Origin: Nitrospirota bacterium
Lineage (GTDB): Bacteria; Nitrospirota; Nitrospiria; SBBL01; JAADHI01
Direction of reading: 5' to 3'
Length of the DNA stretch: 64,000 nt
NCBI GenBank assembly: GCA_029261135.1
Contig: JAJDBX010000046.1
Span: forward strand, 16,158 to 80,157
Position numbers and translations under genes: made by a program. A model generated the notes under the pieces. The model was not told the DNA's origin. It ran no database searches and worked only from the letters and a program-made list of their open reading frames with translations. Of this stretch, positions 59,498 to 64,000 are shown piece by piece; within the stretch, counting starts at the first letter, position 1; each line of letters begins with the position of its first letter.

Positions 59498-60232
59498 TTA
59501 CATGTTCCTCAACCAAATATCGGTCGAAAGGGTTCTTCTGATCGCTTCCTTGGTGGATCTGTGGGTCATTTCTGTCGTGAGATCCAAAACAACACGCCTG
59601 ATACTTTCCCTTTGTGTTGAATCTAATTCATTATTAAAAAGTGGATTCCCATCTAGAGGATTCCCATCTTCATCAAAATAAGATAAATTAAATTCAACGA
59701 TATTTGTGGCGGCTTCATACATGCCCCCTCCAGTATCCCTGTAAAGTGTATTCGATCTTTTCTTTCCTGAACAATCACTGACTTCACTTGAATCGACCCA
59801 CTCATAGCGGATATGTTCTTCATAGTCCGGACCGCCATTTCCATTTACCCGGCCATTCCCGTTCAGGTCGGCAAGAAAATGAAATGTGCTTGGGCTGGCT
59901 TCAAATATCCGCTGTACATCGTGATTTTTTATTTCGCATACACTCTTCCTTCGTACTTTCCGAAGTTTTGTCGTAGGTTTAGGGTTAGAGTTAAAAAGTG
60001 TACCTCTCGGGTCAAGGCCCGTGTTACGAACCTCTTGCCAAAAAAGGTCTTCAGCGACTCGCCCCTGCTGTTGTGTTTCTGCAATGGCTTCTTGTACTTC
60101 GTAATGATGAGAAAATGATGAAAGCAGTTGATAAAATGACGCAGTCATCACAAGGACAATACCCACCGAAAAGAGGGTTTCTAGGAGGGTAACCCCGTGT
60201 TGGTTCTGAATGCCACAGTGTAATTTTCGCAT
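59498..60232 (-). CDS. prepilin-type minor pilin (PilW-like)
   Basis: Class III signal ..QHG|VTLLETLFSVGIVLVMT. 244 aa. Confidence 0.6.
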   Translation of the reverse strand: MRKLHCGIQNQHGVTLLETLFSVGIVLVMTASFYQLLSSFSHHYEVQEAIAETQQQGRVAEDLFWQEVRNTGLDPRGTLFNSNPKPTTKLRKVRRKSVCEIKNHDVQRIFEASPSTFHFLADLNGNGRVNGNGGPDYEEHIRYEWVDSSEVSDCSGKKRSNTLYRDTGGGMYEAATNIVEFNLSYFDEDGNPLDGNPLFNNELDSTQRESIRRVVLDLTTEMTHRSTKEAIRRTLSTDIWLRNM

Positions 60233-60253
60233 GTTTTAGCTATTCTAAGTTTT

Positions 60254-60625
60254 TTAAGATAAACGAAAACTTTTCAGTTGAACCTCTCTTCTTTGCCCTT
60301 TTAAATTTTTCCAAGTCACTTCAACTGTAATCACCCAAAGATTAGAATCATCCTTGCTTTTTTTGATGGACCATTTCCGTTCCATATTATCTAGACGATC
60401 TTCATCTACAATGTCAACTGTCCGGGAAGCCCGAAGTGCTTCCATTTTATTGCGTGCGAGTTTTGCAGCGAGCGTTCTGTGATTGCCACCGTCTAAGGCA
60501 TTGTAACCCGCACTAAACATGCCAATAAGAGAAAGCAGACCGATAGACAATACCGCCGTGGCGAAAACTGCTTCAAGTAAAGAGAAGCCTTGTTCATTTT
60601 TTATTCCCATTGGGTCTCGTTCCAC
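60254..60625 (-). CDS. prepilin-type minor pilin (PilV-like)
   Basis: ..NEQG|FSLLEAVFATAVLSIGLLSL. The likely start is ATG 60610. Confidence 0.65.
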   Translation of the reverse strand: MERDPMGIKNEQGFSLLEAVFATAVLSIGLLSLIGMFSAGYNALDGGNHRTLAAKLARNKMEALRASRTVDIVDEDRLDNMERKWSIKKSKDDSNLWVITVEVTWKNLKGQRREVQLKSFRLS

Positions 60626-61134
60626 TTGAGAAGCTTGACTTGGCCGGTTCGATTCACCTCAATGGCAAAAGCTTCACGAAATAGTTCATCTCCGGACGAA
60701 GAGTTTGACGCATTTGTTAAATAAATTCGTCCAGTCACTGCACCGCTCATTGTCCCATCGGGCTCAAAGGAGACTTTTTCATTGGTAAATGAGCTACCGT
60801 CCCTTGCACTTGTCGGGATTGGTTTTCCATTGGGTTTATCTTTAACCTCTTCAGGCAAACCAAACCTGATATAGCGAGGCAGTTGGTATTCTCCTACATC
60901 CTTAAAAAAATAAAAATTGTGGTTAACGATAAACGTTGCGCTTGTATTGGCACTTGTTGTGATTGCTCTTTGTCGAATAAGACGTAGTTTTGACACGATG
61001 TTCCGGCTTGCTTTTCGAAGGTTATTGTGAGGTAGCTTGGCAGAATGGTCAACAATCGCAATTGTCGAGGCAATGCCGACTACGACCAAAACAACCATCA
61101 TCTCGATGACAGTGTATCCTTTTTCTGAGCGCAT
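60601..61134 (-). CDS. prepilin-type minor pilin (FimT/GspH-like)
   Basis: MRSEKG|YTVIEMMVVLVVVGIASTIAI. 177 aa. Confidence 0.65.
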   Translation of the reverse strand: MRSEKGYTVIEMMVVLVVVGIASTIAIVDHSAKLPHNNLRKASRNIVSKLRLIRQRAITTSANTSATFIVNHNFYFFKDVGEYQLPRYIRFGLPEEVKDKPNGKPIPTSARDGSSFTNEKVSFEPDGTMSGAVTGRIYLTNASNSSSGDELFREAFAIEVNRTGQVKLLKWNETQWE

Positions 61135-61177
61135 CGAAAACCAGTAAATAGTGAGGTGGAAAAGAGTAGAGTCTCTG

Positions 61178-62560
61178 CTAAGTCAAGTGTGGCTTTTCTA
61201 TAGCATAGTCTTTTATCTTAGTCAATAAAGTCTTATAGCTGACCTGAAGTATCTCGGCAGCGCGGCTTTTATTGCCCTCGGTTTTCCTTAAAACTTTTCG
61301 AATCATTTTTGATTCAACCAAACGGGTGGCCGCAGCGCTGACATCATGGAGGGAGCCTTCTAAGGGAATTTCTTTGATGGAGGTGGGTTCATTAAATTCG
61401 GTTCTTAAGACAAGATGCTCTGGTAAAATTTCTTTGCTATCACAAAGGATGGTCGCCCGCTCAATCGTGTTTTGGAGTTCTCGTATATTTCCGATCCAAG
61501 GATGCGTCATTAAATGATCAAGGGCTGTTTTAGAGAGCAGTTTGACTTCTTTTCCCATCTCCCTTGCATAGTGGTCAATAAAATGTTCAACGATTGCTGG
61601 AATATCTTCCGTGCGGTCTCTCAATGGGGGAATGGCAAGCGGAAAAACATTGAGGCGATAATAGAGATCTTCTCGGAATTTCTTTTGCTCGATCAACTTC
61701 GGAAGACCCCGATTCGTGGCCGCGACCACGCGCACATCAATCGGGATACGGGTCGTTCCTCCGATGCGGACGAGAGAATTTTCTTCTAGCACACGGAGTA
61801 GCTTTGATTGAAGGTTAAGATCCATATCACCAATTTCGTCCAGAAAAATTGTCCCTTGATCTGCCAGTTCAAATTTCCCAATTTTTTTCGCAATGGCTCC
61901 GGTAAAAGCGCCTCTCTCATGACCAAAAAGTTCACTTTCCAATAGATCGTGAGGAATCGCAGCACAATTAATGGCAATAAGGCTTCCATTTTTTCTCGGG
62001 CTCAACATATGCACTGCCCGTGCGAAAAGCTCTTTGCCTGTACCACTTTCTCCGACCAATAGAACAGTTGTTTTTCCTTGAGCGACTTTCTGAGTTTGCT
62101 CCAAAGTGTTGAGTATCTTCAGGCTTTTCCCAATAATTTTTGGGAATCCCAATTGGCTGGAAAAGGTTTCTTTTAAGACCAGGTTTTCCCTTAAAAGGCG
62201 ATGTTTCTCGAGCGCTTTTTCAATTTGAAGCAAAAGGTGGTCTGGCTCGAAAGGCTTGGCGATAAAATCGTAGGCCCCATCCTTGACGGCCTTCACGGCG
62301 ATATCAAAATTCCCGTGTGCGGTCATGATGATAACGGGCATCGCCTCATGACGTTCTTTCGCAGCGTGGAGCACATCGATCCCTGTTTTATAAGGTAGTT
62401 TTAAATCTGTCAGCACCAAGTCAATGCGTTTTTTCTGGATTTCTAATATCGCTTCACGACCATTCTTTGCCCAATGCACATGATATTTTGCATCTGTCAG
62501 TGCTTGAGACAGCATCTCTCCAAGACCTTCATGATCCTCGACAATTAAAATTGTTTCCAT
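61178..62560 (-). CDS. sigma-54-dependent response regulator (NtrC/PilR-like)
   Basis: REC domain (DLVLTDLKLP), AAA+ domain with GESGTGKE and GAFTGA, and a C-terminal Fis-type HTH. Confidence 0.9.
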   Translation of the reverse strand: METILIVEDHEGLGEMLSQALTDAKYHVHWAKNGREAILEIQKKRIDLVLTDLKLPYKTGIDVLHAAKERHEAMPVIIMTAHGNFDIAVKAVKDGAYDFIAKPFEPDHLLLQIEKALEKHRLLRENLVLKETFSSQLGFPKIIGKSLKILNTLEQTQKVAQGKTTVLLVGESGTGKELFARAVHMLSPRKNGSLIAINCAAIPHDLLESELFGHERGAFTGAIAKKIGKFELADQGTIFLDEIGDMDLNLQSKLLRVLEENSLVRIGGTTRIPIDVRVVAATNRGLPKLIEQKKFREDLYYRLNVFPLAIPPLRDRTEDIPAIVEHFIDHYAREMGKEVKLLSKTALDHLMTHPWIGNIRELQNTIERATILCDSKEILPEHLVLRTEFNEPTSIKEIPLEGSLHDVSAAATRLVESKMIRKVLRKTEGNKSRAAEILQVSYKTLLTKIKDYAIEKPHLT

Positions 62561-63948
62561 TCGGGTTCCTTTACAATAATTTGGTCTCGGTTAATCGGAA
62601 GAATGATGCTAAAAAGTGTTCCTTGACCTTTATGGCTTTCAACGGTGATGTGCCCGTTATGGGAAAGAACAATTTTGTGGACAAGGGCTAGGCCCAGCCC
62701 CGTTCCTTTGGTTTTTGTTGTGAAAAAAGGAAGGAAAACTTTATCAAGGGCATCTCCTGAAATGCCATCTCCCGTATCTGAGATTTCAATTTGAACACGC
62801 TTTGTTGATGAGCGTAAAAACCCCTTCATTTTAAGTTCTCCCTCTCCTTCCATGGCATCCAAAGCATTTTGAACCAGGTTTGTAAAAGCCTGCCGCATTA
62901 AAACGGCATCGAGCTTAATTTCAGGAAAGGGTTCTTCAAATGAAAGTATCCAAGTAATATTTGGATACTTTCCACTTTTCACAAATTGATCTTTGATGCC
63001 TTGGAGCAGGGAAGTCAGAACAATCGGGGTCGGTTCTATAATGGTCTTTTTACTATAAGAGAGTAATTCTGAAATGAGGTGTTCCATTGAAGAAAGCTCA
63101 TCAGCAATAGACTGGATCATGGATTGCCCTGGATCACTCACTTCTAATTTTTTTCCGAGAAGACGGGAAAACCCAAGGATTGTTCCCATGTAACTTCGAA
63201 ATTCATGTGCAACCCAGGCGGACATTTCGCCCATCATCACCAATCGTTTTTTGAGCTCGACCTGCTCTTCCAACATTTTCTTTTCAGTGAGATCGGTAAA
63301 AACGAGCGTCGCCCCGATCATTTTATTCTCGCGATCCCGCAAAAGAGAGGTACTCAGACCCAGCCAAACTTTTTTCCCATCCGGGAACTCAATGGCACAG
63401 TCTTGCCTCAACATGTCTCTTTCTTCTTCTAGGGTTCGATCCAGTACTCTGACCAACTTAGGGTTTTTTTCGAAGATTCCTTGATAGGACTGCTGCAAGG
63501 CCATTTTGGGATCGAGATTCAATATCCTTCCTGCTGAAGTATTAAATGTTGTAATCGTTTTTTCTTGGTTAAAGGTCAAAACACCACTTGGAACACTTTG
63601 CAGTATATTTTCGTTGTAACTTTCAATGTGTTTCGCTCGATCTTCCGCTTCCTTTTTTAGCCGTTCTAATTCTTCTTCTTTTATTTTGAGTTCTTGTATC
63701 AGCCCTTCAAAGGTATTGAGTACAAAGCCTGTATTCGAATGGCCGCCTTTTTTGATCATGCTGTTTTTTGAACGAGAAAAACAATAGAGCGAATAAGTAA
63801 AAAAACCGAGGCCTGCAAGGCTAAATATTTTAAGGAAACGCAGGAGAAAATCGGTCGTTGCATTTTCTTTTGTTGGGGTGAGTACGACTGAGACTTTGAA
63901 GAAGAGCGCCATCAAAAGGACAAAAATGAGACAGAGAAATATCCCCAA
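62545..63948 (-). CDS. PAS-containing sensor histidine kinase (PilS/NtrB-like); the 5' end may lie beyond the window
   Basis: H-box VAHEFRSYMGTILG; N/G boxes QNALDAM, DTGDGI, GTGLGL. It overlaps the regulator gene by 16 nt. The frame stays open from the TTG at 63948 to position 64000. Confidence 0.85.
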   Translation of the reverse strand: MGIFLCLIFVLLMALFFKVSVVLTPTKENATTDFLLRFLKIFSLAGLGFFTYSLYCFSRSKNSMIKKGGHSNTGFVLNTFEGLIQELKIKEEELERLKKEAEDRAKHIESYNENILQSVPSGVLTFNQEKTITTFNTSAGRILNLDPKMALQQSYQGIFEKNPKLVRVLDRTLEEERDMLRQDCAIEFPDGKKVWLGLSTSLLRDRENKMIGATLVFTDLTEKKMLEEQVELKKRLVMMGEMSAWVAHEFRSYMGTILGFSRLLGKKLEVSDPGQSMIQSIADELSSMEHLISELLSYSKKTIIEPTPIVLTSLLQGIKDQFVKSGKYPNITWILSFEEPFPEIKLDAVLMRQAFTNLVQNALDAMEGEGELKMKGFLRSSTKRVQIEISDTGDGISGDALDKVFLPFFTTKTKGTGLGLALVHKIVLSHNGHITVESHKGQGTLFSIILPINRDQIIVKEPEWKQF

Positions 63949-64000
63949 GGAGATCGAAGAGAAAACCCGAGACTGAGAAGTATTTTTTTTTTGGAGCAGC

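Noticed and set aside
1-64000. CRISPR arrays, rRNA genes, tandem satellite repeats
   Set aside because: Reading both strands revealed no regularly spaced direct repeats and no rRNA-like conserved blocks.

Overview
Bacterial chromosomal window, standard genetic code, moderate GC (not computed). The taxon cannot be fixed without a database search; the synteny rimP-nusA-infB-DUF503-rbfA-truB-rpsO-pnp-M16 peptidase is typical of delta-proteobacterial or Nitrospirota-like lineages. Four parts. (1) 1-7.65 kb is an accessory island. It holds a HigB/HigA-like toxin-antitoxin pair, a decayed mer-type locus (frameshifted merR, merF fragment, truncated CopZ-type metal-binding gene), and an intact MerR/merO-controlled operon with unusual cargo (thioredoxin-fold CxxC protein, periplasmic HMA protein, outer-membrane barrel, NHL lipoprotein, but no merA or merT). 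It ends in a 2.0-kb unit of two translationally coupled tyrosine recombinases bracketed by a perfect 12-bp inverted repeat. (2) 7.8-29.4 kb is mixed. It holds a 984-aa polytopic membrane/spermidine-synthase-like fusion, a 1444-aa GAF-PAS-GGDEF-EAL protein, an IS graveyard (IS1595 deletion derivative, IS256 wreck), rhlE, a secreted-protein/OM-barrel cluster, an S2P protease, ndk, a frameshifted PilZ gene and an IS481 copy with two nonsense codons. (3) 29.4-49.4 kb is a co-oriented minus-strand housekeeping block: rnpB, rnhA, tRNA(CAU), rpoD, dnaG, yqeY-like, M16 peptidase, pnp, rpsO, truB, rbfA, infB, nusA, rimP, a class IV aminotransferase, a doubly frameshifted methyltransferase, an FAD oxidoreductase and purU. 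(4) 49.4-64 kb holds an ORF-poor gap, a Tat-dependent sulfite-oxidase-family enzyme, a wrecked radical-SAM gene, orn, a GAF-ANTAR regulator, an Opp/Dpp-like binding protein with two permeases, a minor-pilin cluster and a sigma-54 two-component pair. No CRISPR array and no rRNA were seen. The most unusual items are the reductase-less MerR operon, the IR-bounded two-recombinase unit, and the high density of broken genes (about 10 of about 65) set against intact long homopolymers in essential genes.
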